Assembly (NCBI RefSeq): GCF_006345805.1
Contig: NC_043002.1
Coordinates: forward strand, 5,208,001-5,272,000
Length of the DNA: 64,000 bases
From: Octopus sinensis
Taxonomy: Eukaryota
Direction of reading: 5' to 3'
Below the pieces are notes generated by a model. It saw only the letters and a list, made by a program, of their open reading frames with translations. It ran no database searches and was not told the DNA's origin. Shown here piece after piece: positions 39,760 to 53,798 of this stretch. The translations under genes were made by a program, and so were the position numbers. Numbering within the stretch: the first letter of the stretch is position 1; every line of letters starts with the position of its first letter.

Positions 39760-39980
39760 ATTGGTTTCAAACTTGGGCACAAGTCCAGCAATTTCGGTTG
39801 TAGTGGGTGAGATAAGTCGATAACACCGACTCTAGTGTTGAATTGGTACTTATATATCGACCCCGAAAGGATGAAAGGCAAAGTCAGCCTTGGCGGAATT
39901 TGAACTCAGAACATAAAGACGTACGAAATGCCGTCAAGCATTTTGCCCGGCGTGCTAACGATCTGCCAGCTTGCCGCCTT
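39760..39980 (-). mobile_element. SINE family A monomer
   Basis: tcgaccccgaaaggatgaaaggcaaag...ggaatttgaactcag...ctgccagcttgccgcc. Confidence 0.8.
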
Positions 39981-39988
39981 AAATGTAA

Positions 39989-40374
39989 TCTACTATATAA
40001 AATCCGTTCTGTCTATCTGTGTGTATGTCTTCCAGGATCTCGGGCATCCTCCATCTGATTGCGTTCAAATTTGATTTATAGATACCGACGGTATCAGGGC
40101 GTATATAAATCTTGAAAGAAATTATAAAAATCGATTCCAGGTGAGAATGCGATCGATAAATCCGTGGGAACTTGCATTTGTACGCGCAAGTAGATCAGCT
40201 GTTGCGATCGATACTTCGCGTACGCGAGAAAAATGCACGGTGTCTCAAATTTAGGTTAAATCAGAGGTTCTCAAAGGGGAGGCCTATGGGACGGTCGGAG
40301 AAGTGGTTTTGAGAAAATTTGGTTTAAATGTTTGACACTCAGCACCGTCCATTGGACGGGGGGCGTTTTGCTCG
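39989..40374 (+). mobile_element. Non-autonomous Helitron, 386 bp
   Basis: A|TCtactatataaaa 5' end; perfect hairpin ccgtcc-att-ggacgg (40345-59) 11 nt before CTCG|T (diverged CTAG); inserted between A and T. Confidence 0.7.
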
Positions 40375-40417
40375 TATATATATATATATATATACATATA
40401 TATATAATATATAATAA

Positions 40418-40454
<37 letters not shown>

Positions 40455-40699
40455 AAAAGGCATTGATAGAATATGTACCAGGCTTAAAGAAATAAACTAA
40501 AAATTCAAAGTGGTGCCCCAGCATGGCCGCAGACAAATGACTGAAACAAGTAAAAGGTAAAAATTTACTGCATATATAACATTAGTATATTATATTCGTA
40601 TACTTGATATATTATATAATGTGTGTAATAAACGTCTATAATTGCAAATAAATAAATACATAATATTTATGTATGCGTATATATATATATATATTATAT

Positions 40700-40784
<85 letters not shown>

Positions 40785-41829
40785 GTGTGTGCGTGTGTGT
40801 GTGTGTATCCTAATATAGTAATGAGTTTACTGTTTTTGTTTCTGTCAAAAGATGAGTATAGGGAGAGATTGATAACGGGTGGGCAAGGGGGTGACCGTAA
40901 CAGTAGACTGAACGAGAGTAGAAGGATGAGCTGTGTCTGTCTCGCTTGACTGGAGTCGATAAAAAATAAACAGAAACAGTAAATAACAGAAGGAAAATGA
41001 GAATGAGTTGGAGTAGAAACGATGAAAGAAGCGACAGCTTTCTGTGACAGCTGTATTTTTATTGACAGAAAATACAGCTGTAGAGTAATTGGTATGATTC
41101 AAACAGGTTTATATAACTGGCCTCCCGTTATAGACATCACTCGCAAGTGAGTATGACCTGGCAGAATCTGTCATGCTTTCTCTAGTTGTATTAAGTACCT
41201 ATGCAGTCACGAACAGACATAGATACCTTGTCGGCCCCTCCCAGTATAGATCCAGTAAAATATCGGGTATTTGGTATCTGGAGAGAGAAAAAAAAGATCT
41301 GTGCTAGCTTTAGACTGGTAGTAATTTCCTGCTGAGAAAAATGGTTCAACGTGAAATGAAGAACTTTGTTCAATGACGCAACATCCTGTACCGGAATCAA
41401 ACCTACGGCTAGATTCATTTCAACTGCTGATTCTGCTAAATTTGGCCTTCATACTGGCAAGAAGGGATAAACATCCTTCTGTGATTCATCCAATAATGCA
41501 GTATCATCTGATGGCCCACGGATGATACGGACTAGACTGTACTAATCCCAAGGATAACGACTCTGATGTCAAAATCATGTGATTTGTGGAAACGCGTGTA
41601 GCAGTGTATCAAATATTTATAAATTCCCTCCTGGATTTCCTGTTATTATTATATTTATCCTGTATTATATCGATATAACTATGATGCAACCGCGATAAAC
41701 TGACTTACTAGTCAGTATCATTAGACGGTAGTCGGTATAATGATTAGGAGCCTTATTTGCATAGCTCTACCGTTGCTATAAACGAATTGAAAAGATATCA
41801 TGTTGGCCCGCTAAATCCACAAGTTTTTT

Positions 41830-41957
41830 TTTTATTCTCTCTCTGTTTATTTTCTCTTATTCCTTTCTGTTGAAGAGCGTAGGCTTGAAATGTAAAAGAC
41901 TTATTCATTTTCCCGAGCTTCAAACTAATACACGTTTGTTTCTCTGAAAATTTCAGC

Positions 41958-41958
<1 letters not shown>
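41830..41958 (+). mobile_element. Possible Penelope-like terminal-repeat remnant
   Basis: ttgaagagcgtaggcttgaaatgtaaaagac resembles the TGAnGA...GAAA motif of PLE ends; followed by (TA)n. Confidence 0.4.
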
Positions 41959-42056
<98 letters not shown>

Positions 42057-42640
42057 AGACAAATAGAGCCTAGATAAGAAAAAAATTGATTATAATTTGA
42101 TGAAAGTAAATAAATATATATATATCTATATATCTGTCTGCCTGTCTGTCTGAGTTAGAAGTTAAGAAACCAGCTAAGGGATATTAAATATCCAATATAC
42201 TATTGGATGTGTATCTACGTATTTTTTAACCAAGTGCTTACTATTGCATGGCAATATTGCAATTGAATACTAGGTATGGGTGAGCGTAAATTGGAAATTT
42301 ACCCAGGATTTATAAGGTAAATTAGAAAATAGAGAGGATATACAATCGACAATCATCAGCCAGGAAACATTCAATAATATCTACTATTTATTAATTGATT
42401 ACAAATATGTGTTTAAGTGATAGAAGTAAACGAATGAAATCAGCCCCAAAATACGTAAACAGATATATATATATATATATATATTATGGCTGCCCCTCGA
42501 TATCGAGTATGGCCATTGCACGAAGCTTAACTGCTACTGGTGCTGTGATCGAATGTGACTTTTTAGCCGAGCTAAAGATCTACAATGTCTTGTACAGAAC
42601 TGGCAGCTAAAACCTTTACCGGTAATAGCCGGCTGTGTAC

Positions 42641-42861
42641 AGATGAGTGTACAGATACAAATCCCTTACGGCCGTTTCTACCATGAGGCATCAAAATCTT
42701 CCAAGCCATCCTCATCACGTCAGAGATATACAAGGATGAACAGACCTCTGTCCAATGTTTCTTCATCCCTGTATATCACTGATATGATAAGGATGCCTTG
42801 GAAGATTTTGATGCCACATGGTAGAAACGGCCGTAAGTGATTTGTCTCAGTACACTCATCT
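42641..42861. repeat. 221-bp imperfect palindrome, probable Penelope-like relic
   Basis: agatgagtgtac...ttacggccgtttctaccatg / catggtagaaacggccgtaa...gtacactcatct. Confidence 0.85.
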
Positions 42862-43035
42862 ATTATTATTCATTTATTTCTACTAATATATATATATTTA
42901 TTGACTGATTTCATTCGTTTACTTGTATCACTTAAACACATGTTTGTAATCAATCAATAAATAGATATAATTGAATGTTTACTGGTTTGTCGACTGTATA
43001 TCCTCTCCATTTCTTATTTGCCTTATATATACATA

Positions 43036-43420
43036 TCTTTTACTTGTTTTAGACATTAGACTGCGACCATACTGGGGCACTGTCTTGAAGAATTTTTAGC
43101 CGAATGTATCGAACCCGGTATTTATTAAGTCGGTCTCTTAAGCCGAACCGCTAAGTTAGGGGACGTAAACGCACCAGTATCAGTCGTGATGCAGTGGTGG
43201 TGGTGGGGACAACACGGACACAAAGACACACACACACACATACACATATGTGTGTGTGTGTGTACGATAGGCTTCTTACGGTTTCCATCTACCAAAATCC
43301 ACTCACATGGTTTTCGTCGGCCTGAGGCAATGGTAAAAGATATTTTCCCAAGGTGCCACGCAGTGGAACTGAACCGGGAACCATGTGGTTGTGAAGCAGG
43401 CTTCTTACCACACAGCTACG
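43036..43420 (-). mobile_element. SINE family B, diverged
   Basis: Both modules in reverse complement with a (CA)/(TG) linker. Confidence 0.8.
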
Positions 43421-43423
43421 ATT

Positions 43424-43493
<70 letters not shown>

Positions 43494-43839
43494 ACACATA
43501 TATATGAGTGTGTGTGTGTGTGTGTGTAACATAATACGCATGCACTCATATCTAATATATATATATGTAACACTATATCTATATTCATATATATTTAACA
43601 AATATTAACATGTATTCACGTTTCACGTGCTGCTATATATATGTTGACAGCAAGCTGTGTAGGAAAAGGTAAGAGAGCAACAAATATGAAGCAGGGTGTA
43701 TATTTTTGAGTGAGCTGCAAATATACAGCCATGTCAAATGGTAGCTGTTTCTAAATTTATATATAAACATTAAATATATGTTCTTTGTTATATTCGTATA
43801 TAAGCATGTGCATGTATATGTTTGTGTGTATGTGTATAT

Positions 43840-46010
<2,171 letters not shown>

Positions 46011-47167
46011 CTCTGTGTATGAGGTTGTTAGTATGGACAACTAAATAGTTGCGAAGGTTGAAAGTTAAGAAGAAGTCAATCAGATTGACAGGTGATAGAC
46101 AAATAGACACGCTCTCCCTCGGTGATTGAGAGAAAGTTGGAGAAACAGGATGACACACGTACACACACATAAGCACGCGCATACATACATTTAGAGAGAG
46201 AGAGAGAGAGCGAGAGGGGGGAAGAGAGAGAGAGAGAGTAGTAAAAGAGAAATGCATGGAAACATTGAAAGCTAAAATCTACCTTGGTGAATAGACAGAT
46301 AGACAGAGAGATAAAGAAGGTGTGTATGTGTGAGATAGAGAAAGAAGTAATGTGCGTCTGTTTTGCATTTGCGTTACGTAAAGCGATAGGTTGGGAGAGT
46401 AAAAAAGTAAACAAATTTAGTAGTAACTTTATAAATATAGAATCGGAAAACGTATTTAGAGAATGGAGATAAAATAAACAGACAGAATGAACTATTCACT
46501 CGTCATATATATATATATATATTATATATAGGGTAGACAGGTGTATTGATGGATAGATAGACAAGCAGATAGACAGATATGTAGACAGGTAGATAGACAG
46601 ACATGCGGATGGAGAGATAGAGTGGAAGATAGCAAGCTGGATACGGAGATAGAGAGACAAATAGAAACGTGATATAATGTAGAATGAACGCGCGCATGCT
46701 TGCAAATTCTTCTATTTATATACTTGTCGACAGTCACAGAGTTCTTGTGAATGGACGACGTCTCTAATGTAGAAGATACCAAAATCACCTCTCTCCCACC
46801 TCCTCCTTCTTCCCATTCTCCACCCATCTCTCTCTCTCACATTGTCTCTCTCTCTTACTCAATGCGTTTGAAAGATGTAGAAAAGTAGAGAGTATGAAAG
46901 AAAGAAAAGGAAAGACAGTTAAGAAGAACAAGGAACAGGAAGAAATAAATAGATGAATAGATAGATAGATAGATACAGAGAGAGAGAGAGGGGGGGAAGA
47001 GGTATGAGTGAGGAGATGGAATCAAAACAAAACAAACAGGAACCAAAGAACGAAAGCAATGGAACTGCAAAAAAACTGCAACAGTTGCCGAAAAAAATTA
47101 AGCAATTTTTTTTTTCTTTTTCTTTTGAGGTTTGTTTTTTAGCTTAGAATATAACGGAATATCTTAC

Positions 47168-47249
47168 TTGAAAAGTCGTCCTGAGCTTTCACACAGATAT
47201 AGCAACCAAGAGAAATGAGAAATGCCGTGAATATCCAAAACCGGATCAT
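47168..47249 (-). CDS. Putative first coding exon of a secreted or membrane protein (signal peptide)
   Basis: MIRFWIFTAFLISLGCYICVKA-QDDFS; ATG with A at -3 and an in-frame upstream TAG; basic/hydrophobic/VKA cleavage pattern; phase-1 donor AA|GTAAGA at 47167. No downstream exon found. Confidence 0.6.
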
Positions 47250-47556
47250 TGTGTAGTCTCTTAACTACCATTCTAATGTTATTTTATAGATTGGTCTCTC
47301 CCTCTCGCCCTCTCTCCCTCCTCTCTGGCTGACTCGGTTTTATTTTAAAAACGGCAGCAGCCTTTTTGCTTGTTACGTTATGTATGTTACCGTTGTCGAG
47401 CTTTTAATCGCCGTAGTTGTGTTCACTCTTATATAAAGAGATTGTTCCTACACACTACTACAACTACTACTACGATTACGACTATTATTATTACTGCTAC
47501 TGGTACTGCTTATATTGTTTAATATGCAATAGCGGAGATGGTGGCGGAGGATCTCT

Positions 47557-47594
<38 letters not shown>

Positions 47595-48185
47595 ACCTAC
47601 CATTATTACGGCTGCTACTACAGCTGTTGTGGTGTGTTTGTGTTGTAATGCTGATTGTTGTTGTTTTACCCTTAGGTCAATTCTGATCGAGGGCGCCAAT
47701 AATCAAAATACATTCCAACCGTGACCCTCGCGTCTTTTTAGGAGTTATGTAAGACAACACTATCTAATATGCCATTTCGTTATTTAAGACGTTAGGTAAT
47801 AATTCGAGGGAGATTTGACTGCCACACCTGGCTATTCTTCAATGGCTAGAATAGTTCTAGTTTTGTTGTTGGTGGTGGTACCGGCGATGGTGCTGGCGGC
47901 GGTGGCAATGGCAGTGGTGGGGGTGGTGTTGGCTGTTGTTGATCTTATCCCTGCGGTTGTTTATTAAATCTCTTCTCCGTCCGCCAGACACGTGCTACTG
48001 AATTCTTAGGTTATACACACGAGTACATCTAGCTTTCCTCTACCGTTTCGCCGGATATTTTGCTATGCATAACATATCTTCACATAGTATATATACACAT
48101 ACATACATTCATGCATATGTACATACATGCAAACATTCACATATATAATACACACACACATACACACCCATAAATATATGTATAC

Positions 48186-48940
48186 CTATTTCTTTACTAC
48201 CTACAAGGGGCTAAACACGGAGAGGACAAACAAGGACAAACAAACGGATTAAGTCGATTGCATCGACTCCAGTGCGTAACTGGTCCTTAATTTATCGACC
48301 CCGAAAGGATGAAAGGCAAAGTCGACCCCGGCGGAATTTGAACTCAGAACGTAACGACAGACGAAATACCTATTTCTTTACTACCCACAAGGGGCTAAAC
48401 ACAGAGAGGACAAACAAGGACAGACAAACGGATAAAGTCGATTATATCGACTCCAGTGCGTAACTGGTACTTATTTAATCGACCCCGAAAGGATGAACGG
48501 CAAAGTCGACCCCGGCGGAATTTGAACCCAGAACGTAGCGGCAGACGAAATACCTATTTCTTTACTACCCACAAGGGGCTAAGCACTGAGGGAACAAACA
48601 AGGACAGACAAACGGATTAAATCGATTATATCGACCCCAGTGCGTAACTGGTACTTATTTAATCGACCCCGAAAGGATGAAAGGTAAAGTCGACCCCGGC
48701 GGAATTTGAACTCAGAACGTAACGACACACGAAACACGTATTTCTTTACTACCCACAAGGGGCTAAACACAGAGAGGACAAACAAGGACAGACAAACGGA
48801 TTAAGTCGATTATATCGACCCCAGTGCATAACTGGTACTTATTTAATCGACCCCGAAAGGATGAAAGGTAATGTCGACCCCGGCGGAATTTGAACTCAGA
48901 ACGTAACGGCGGACGAAATACGGCTACGCATTTCGCCCGA
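48186..48940 (-). repeat. Third four-unit SINE-A tandem array
   Basis: Four ~184-bp units; all share the variant gtcgaccccggcggaa. Confidence 0.9.
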
Positions 48941-49010
48941 TTAATATAGTTTTCATAGAGCATTGAAAACTATATAAAAAAAATAATAATAATCCAAGTC
49001 GATGATTAGT

Positions 49011-49165
49011 ACTTTTACCTGGAATTTCGACATTCCACGATTAGGATACCGTCTTCAGAAAATCTTCGGAGAAAAAGTGTTGTTCACTGACTTCACAGAA
49101 CAGAGGGGTCAGCTAACAACACCTTTTCTCCGAAGATTTCCTAAAGAAGACCTAACCTTGAAGTA
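49011..49165. repeat. Imperfect inverted repeat with a degenerate minus-strand hammerhead-like motif
   Basis: gtcttcagaaaatcttcggagaaaaagtgttgtt / aacaacaccttttctccgaagatttcctaaagaagac; RC atttt-CTGAAGA...GAAA-ttccagg-TA-aaagt. Confidence 0.55.
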
Positions 49166-49289
49166 TTGACACATCGGTTAAAAGTGCGAACCCTCGACCT
49201 GTATTATTATTTTTTCATAACATGTAAGGTTTGGGATTAAATAAAAATTAAAAACGTATGGTATGTATGTATGTATGTATGTATGTATG

Positions 49290-49320
<31 letters not shown>

Positions 49321-49381
49321 TTATTTATGTATGTATGTGCATGTGTGTATGTATATATATATACACATATTATATTATCAA

Positions 49382-49810
49382 TTCCGAAGTCTTTTCACTT
49401 CTCCACTAGGAGATAATCAAATAAATAAGCTCGAAGAGTTCTTTAATACCACAGATCCACTCAGGGAAGAGGCAACCATTGATTACATCGGCATAAAAGA
49501 AGAGGATACAATATTGGCCATTGATGGAATGAACTTAAACTCGACAAGGGTCTTGATGGTTTTCCAACTTCCTTTTTAAAGATATGATTGAAAGCTACCG
49601 TTATAGCCAACAACATACTGATAACAACACGCCGAGCGAATCTGAGAATATTTAGTGAGGTATCTTTTTTAAAACTATACACCTGATGAGATGCATCTGC
49701 ACCGGAGGGTGCAATACAACCATTTGTACAGTATTCCACCCGCAAGGGACCGATGCAAAATGGCTCCAAACGATCGTTGCGATGAGTAAAGATTCTCATG
49801 AACTCCATTT
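49382..49810 (+). pseudogene. Decayed CR1/Jockey-like LINE fragment (pre-RT region)
   Basis: IKEEDTILAIDGMNLNS followed, after a frameshift, by GLDGFPTSFLK (the K/S-A-x-G-P-D-G motif); homologous to 51531-51720 (-). Confidence 0.5.
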
Positions 49811-49833
49811 TCTGTTTCCCTCATTCATTATTT

Positions 49834-49966
<133 letters not shown>

Positions 49967-50092
49967 CCAGAGTAAGCACATAAATGCGAAACAAGGTGGA
50001 AAAATAGTATTCGAATACCGGAGGTAGAGTGATATGCTTTATCAAGAAGCAGCAAAAATATCACAAAAACTGTTACTCAGGGTTTCATGTTC

Positions 50093-50130
50093 CTGTCCGA
50101 CGAACGGGAACGTGAAACTCGGAGTAACAG
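50093..50130 (+). ncRNA. Minimal type I hammerhead ribozyme (U4C variant)
   Basis: ctgt-CCGACGA-acg(ggaa)cgt-GAAA-ctc-g-gag-TA-acag: 4-bp stem I, GNRA-capped stem II, 4-bp stem III; predicted GUA cleavage after 50126. Confidence 0.75.
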
Positions 50131-50369
50131 TGACATCGCATGTTTGGCATCACCACTTTGAGGGTAATTTACCACACGATGAAATGAACATTAATTTTTA
50201 CATTCTAACCTGTTTTTTTTTTCTCTTTCTTTGCAGATTACTTTCTTAGTATAGTGGTTCAAGGTGTATCAATTACACCCTTTTAAAATGAGTTTATATC
50301 AGACCCACATCAATCACTGCTTGGTGTATGAATTCAAAATATATGTAAGTTCAGTAATAGGAGTGTTCT

Positions 50370-51050
50370 ATCTATGGAAATGAAACTTTAAGAATCCAAA
50401 TATGCCAACGATAGTTTTAGGGCCAGTTTTTCGCTCTGGAATTTTTTCTCCTTGATTTGGACGACCAGGTTTTGTCAACATTCAGCTTCTGGAAACCGTC
50501 GTTGAGGAAAATCAAAAGCAAATTCTACGACAATTAGCAAAACAATTCAAGTCATACTTCGATCATAAAAACCTCCATGAATCAAGAAAAGTGGGTCTTT
50601 CATCATTTGACTGCTTTTCAGCTTAATCTAAATGTTGCCTTCTGCTCGTCATTGAAGAGTAATAAAGACTTGCTACGGAACCTTTCCTGAATAGAATCAT
50701 CACAAGTGATGAAAGATGGGCCCTCATTTATCAAATCCAACGTTAACGAGAATGGTTAGCACCCAATGTAAAAGGAGAATCCATCCCCAATCAGCACTAC
50801 ACGGGAAAAATTGTTACACTCTGTTCTTTGTGGGATATGATGGGTGTCAGCTTTCGTGAAATGTTAAGACAAAATGAAAGATAATCCAAAGACGTGTTAT
50901 TGTCAACTAGAAGTGTTGCATAAAATTAGCGAAACGAGCTCCGTCATCGGTCAGTCGTAAAGGAGGATTTCTCTTACACAATAATGCAAGACATGTTGCC
51001 CAAGGTACTCAGAATAAAATTATGGCACTAAATATGATATTGAGTTTTAT
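50370..51050 (+). pseudogene. Heavily decayed mariner transposase
   Basis: KWVFHHLT (WVPHEL-like), EPFLNRIITSDERW and LHNNARH motifs in broken frames; TIRs not identified. Confidence 0.65.
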
Positions 51051-51283
51051 TTTTCTTTGCTTCGAAACCTGAAGTCTTTTTTTTTAATGATCGTCAATAG
51101 ATATGACCTTGTTATCAATAAATGAGAGGAAATGTCATCTTCATCAAATATATCAATTAAGACTAAAGAACTTGAAATGCGGCAGAACTTTGTATGTATG
51201 TATGTATGTATGTATGTATGTATGTATGTATGTATGTATGTATGTATGTATGTATGTATGGTAAGTATGTATGTGCGTGCGTA

Positions 51284-51324
<41 letters not shown>

Positions 51325-51530
51325 ATTTGGAAGATTCTGGGGCGTGTAGCTTTTAACATTGGGACTGAAAGCCATACCATTCCCTAAGTGGACGGCACTG
51401 CACACCACCGAAGGTCCCACCCTCACCATCTAAAGTATGGACTTAATACTGCAACAGCTTAGGACCAAGAGCTCACAGATTTTCAATACCAGGTCCCAGA
51501 AACTCAGAGATTTCCGAGACGTTGTTGCAG
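51325..51530 (+). pseudogene. CR1-like LINE ORF2 C-terminal fragment
   Basis: IWKIL...GRHC..P..P.SPS...YCNSLG...LRD, broken by frameshifts; family call recalled, not aligned. Confidence 0.55.
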
Positions 51531-51720
51531 CCGTTACTGACTTAAAGTTCTTCTCATCAGTGGCCGCCGACAATATATTCTCTGCTTTTTATGTCGACGA
51601 TATCGTTGGTCGCTTCTTCCCTCTGCGATCTGCAATATTAAAGAACTTATTTGTATTATTTATTCACATATTGCCCAGAAGAGAAGTGGAAACACATAAG
51701 AGTTTGGAAGTTTGTGTGTA
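51531..51720 (-). pseudogene. Inverted CR1-like pre-RT fragment
   Basis: RC gttctttaatattgcagatcgcagagggaagaagc...cataaaagcagag aligns with 49438-49550. Confidence 0.55.
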
Positions 51721-52372
51721 ATTGCTTCCACCTAACCACATTTTTCCCTCACAATTTCCACACTTACCATTCACCCACATTTATCCATAAATATTAAGCC
51801 AAGAGTTACTGTAACTAGTATTGCCTCTAATTATCACTGGTATGTAGCTTTGATCTGTGTGCTTTTGCATAAACAGTGATGTTAATCTTACAATCTCAGC
51901 GTGTCTTTTTGCTTTGGTTTCGTCCCTGAAAAACAGACATGCTCCGCCGTACGCTTTGTTTCACTTAATGGACAGGATTCTGTCCCATAAGTCATCACGT
52001 GCTTCTAGAGGGCACACAAAGAGACATCAATCTTTGTGAAGAAGAGGTGCATAACTTTTTTCCTTATTCACCTAAGGTACAGAGTCCCTTATGACACGAC
52101 TCTGCCAAGAGTGTTCCCCCAACTGAGTTTTGCATATAAGTTTAGAAAGTTTAGAAACTCGGAAGAATGTGTGTTGAAAGCTGTGTCCTTGATTTGTTGT
52201 TGTTGTTGTTGTTAAGCGAGTTGTTATTGCTAGCATTCATACTAAAACACTAGAATTATTATTTTTTCAAGAAATTAGTATTTAACAATATCATTGAAGT
52301 ACCAGCTGAGGTCAACGTAATCATTTAGCCCCTTCCCACGAAATTTTAGGCCTTGTGCCTATGCTAGAAAGA

Positions 52373-52424
<52 letters not shown>

Positions 52425-52425
<1 letters not shown>

Positions 52426-53380
52426 TTTTTTTTTCTTCTTTCAAATTTGCTTCCATTTCTTGCCGATTGTCTTCCCGACTCCTAGGGCAAAGAAACTCAT
52501 AGTATACATTGGTAGGCCATTAAACCAAACTCAATAGTTCGTTCATTTTTTAAATTTTTTTTAAAGTTAAATTAAAATACATGAGCAGCAACAGTTCTCA
52601 CATCGACAATGCTCTTCTCAATACGTGTGATGTACCAGTTAAGACAATCTTTTGCACTTCTTGCAGGGATGGTAAGCCAGGGATCATTCTCATATAATTT
52701 TCGGTTCCCTTCTTGATCATTCCTAGTGCTCCTACGATCACTGGTATTGTAACCGCCTTGAGATTCCACATTTTCTCAATTTCAATGAGTAGGTCTTTAT
52801 ATTTTCTGAGCTTGTCAAACTCTTTCGCTGAGATATTATGATCACAGGGGATGCTCATGTCGATCAATAAGCAAACTTTATTGTTTTGGTCTTTCACAAC
52901 AATATCTGGTTTATTGGCCTTGATGGTTCGGTCTGTATGTACTGGAAAGTCCCACAGAATGGTTACATTTTCTCCTTCAGTTACAGCCTCAGGGTGGTGA
53001 TTATACCACTTGTCGGCAGTTTTGATATTGTAATGCCGACTTATTAGCCAGTGTAGATATTGGCCAACTCTGTCATGTCTTAATTTATACTCCACTGGAG
53101 CTAAGACTTTACATCCAGAGATTAGGTGGTCCACTGTTTCAATCATGTCGTTGCAGAATCGGCATTTTGGGTCTGCTCCATTTTTCATCACATTGGCCTG
53201 GTAGTTCCGGGTTAATAGGCTTTGATCTTGAACAGCCAGGATGAAACCTTCGCTCTCTGCTTTTAGCCCTGAGCTCCGTAGCCACTGATGGGTTTGCTTC
53301 TGGTCAACATCAGCTTGTTTGCTGCGGGTCACATATTTGCCGTGCAGAGGTTTCTCCTCCCACCTATCAGCCAATTGCTC
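52425..53380 (-). mobile_element. 5'-truncated R4/Dong-clade non-LTR retrotransposon, family A
   Basis: Bounded by (ATT)n at 52373-52424 and 53381-53474; 173-nt 3' UTR ending in an A-rich run. Confidence 0.88.
52598..53380 (-). pseudogene. Uninterrupted 260-aa C-terminus: CCHC knuckle + restriction-like endonuclease
   Basis: KPLHGKY, CRFC..ETVDHLISGC, RHD, KPDIVV..D..K and PVIVGALG motifs; the N-terminal poly-Ile in the ORF track is only the microsatellite. Confidence 0.9.
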
Positions 53381-53400
53381 TATTATTATCATTATTATTA

Positions 53401-53474
<74 letters not shown>

Positions 53475-53475
<1 letters not shown>

Positions 53476-53749
53476 TATGTTTGACTTTTGCTTTACATTT
53501 GCACAAGCTGGCTCCAAGTCTCACCCAGAGACCTCAAGAGACAACAAGTTGGAAGTTCATGTTGGTGTTATGCCTAGGGTGCCATATATTTGGTTTTGTA
53601 CTTAGTGTTGTACTAGTGAATGCCTAAAAAACCGTACGAAAATTATGTTTGTTTTAAAACTTGAGATTACAAAGAAAGTATTTTGCGTAGGATATGAGCA
53701 GTTCCCATGAGCACAATCTTTTGAATTTCTGCCATTTTGGGGTTTCCGC

Positions 53750-53750
<1 letters not shown>
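53475..53750 (-). mobile_element. Short 3' fragment of an R4/Dong-like element, family B
   Basis: RC translates as NPKMAEIQKIVLMGTAHILRKILSL*, then a 3' UTR ending at (TAA)n. Confidence 0.85.

Positions 53751-53798
<48 letters not shown>

Noticed and set aside
41710-41776. Minus-strand segment between tttatag and a strong GTAAGT donor
   Set aside because: Stops in all three frames, including the phase-1 frame required by the 47168 exon.
49480-49545. GIKEEDTILAIDGMNL as a PDZ-domain exon
   Set aside because: Context continues into a LINE GxDG motif, a homologous inverted copy exists at 51540-51660, and no splice sites frame it.
52598-53524. 308-aa ORF as an intact host gene
   Set aside because: The N-terminal 48 residues come from an (ATT)n tract and adjacent repeat; the rest is a 5'-truncated retrotransposon C-terminus with no RT domain.
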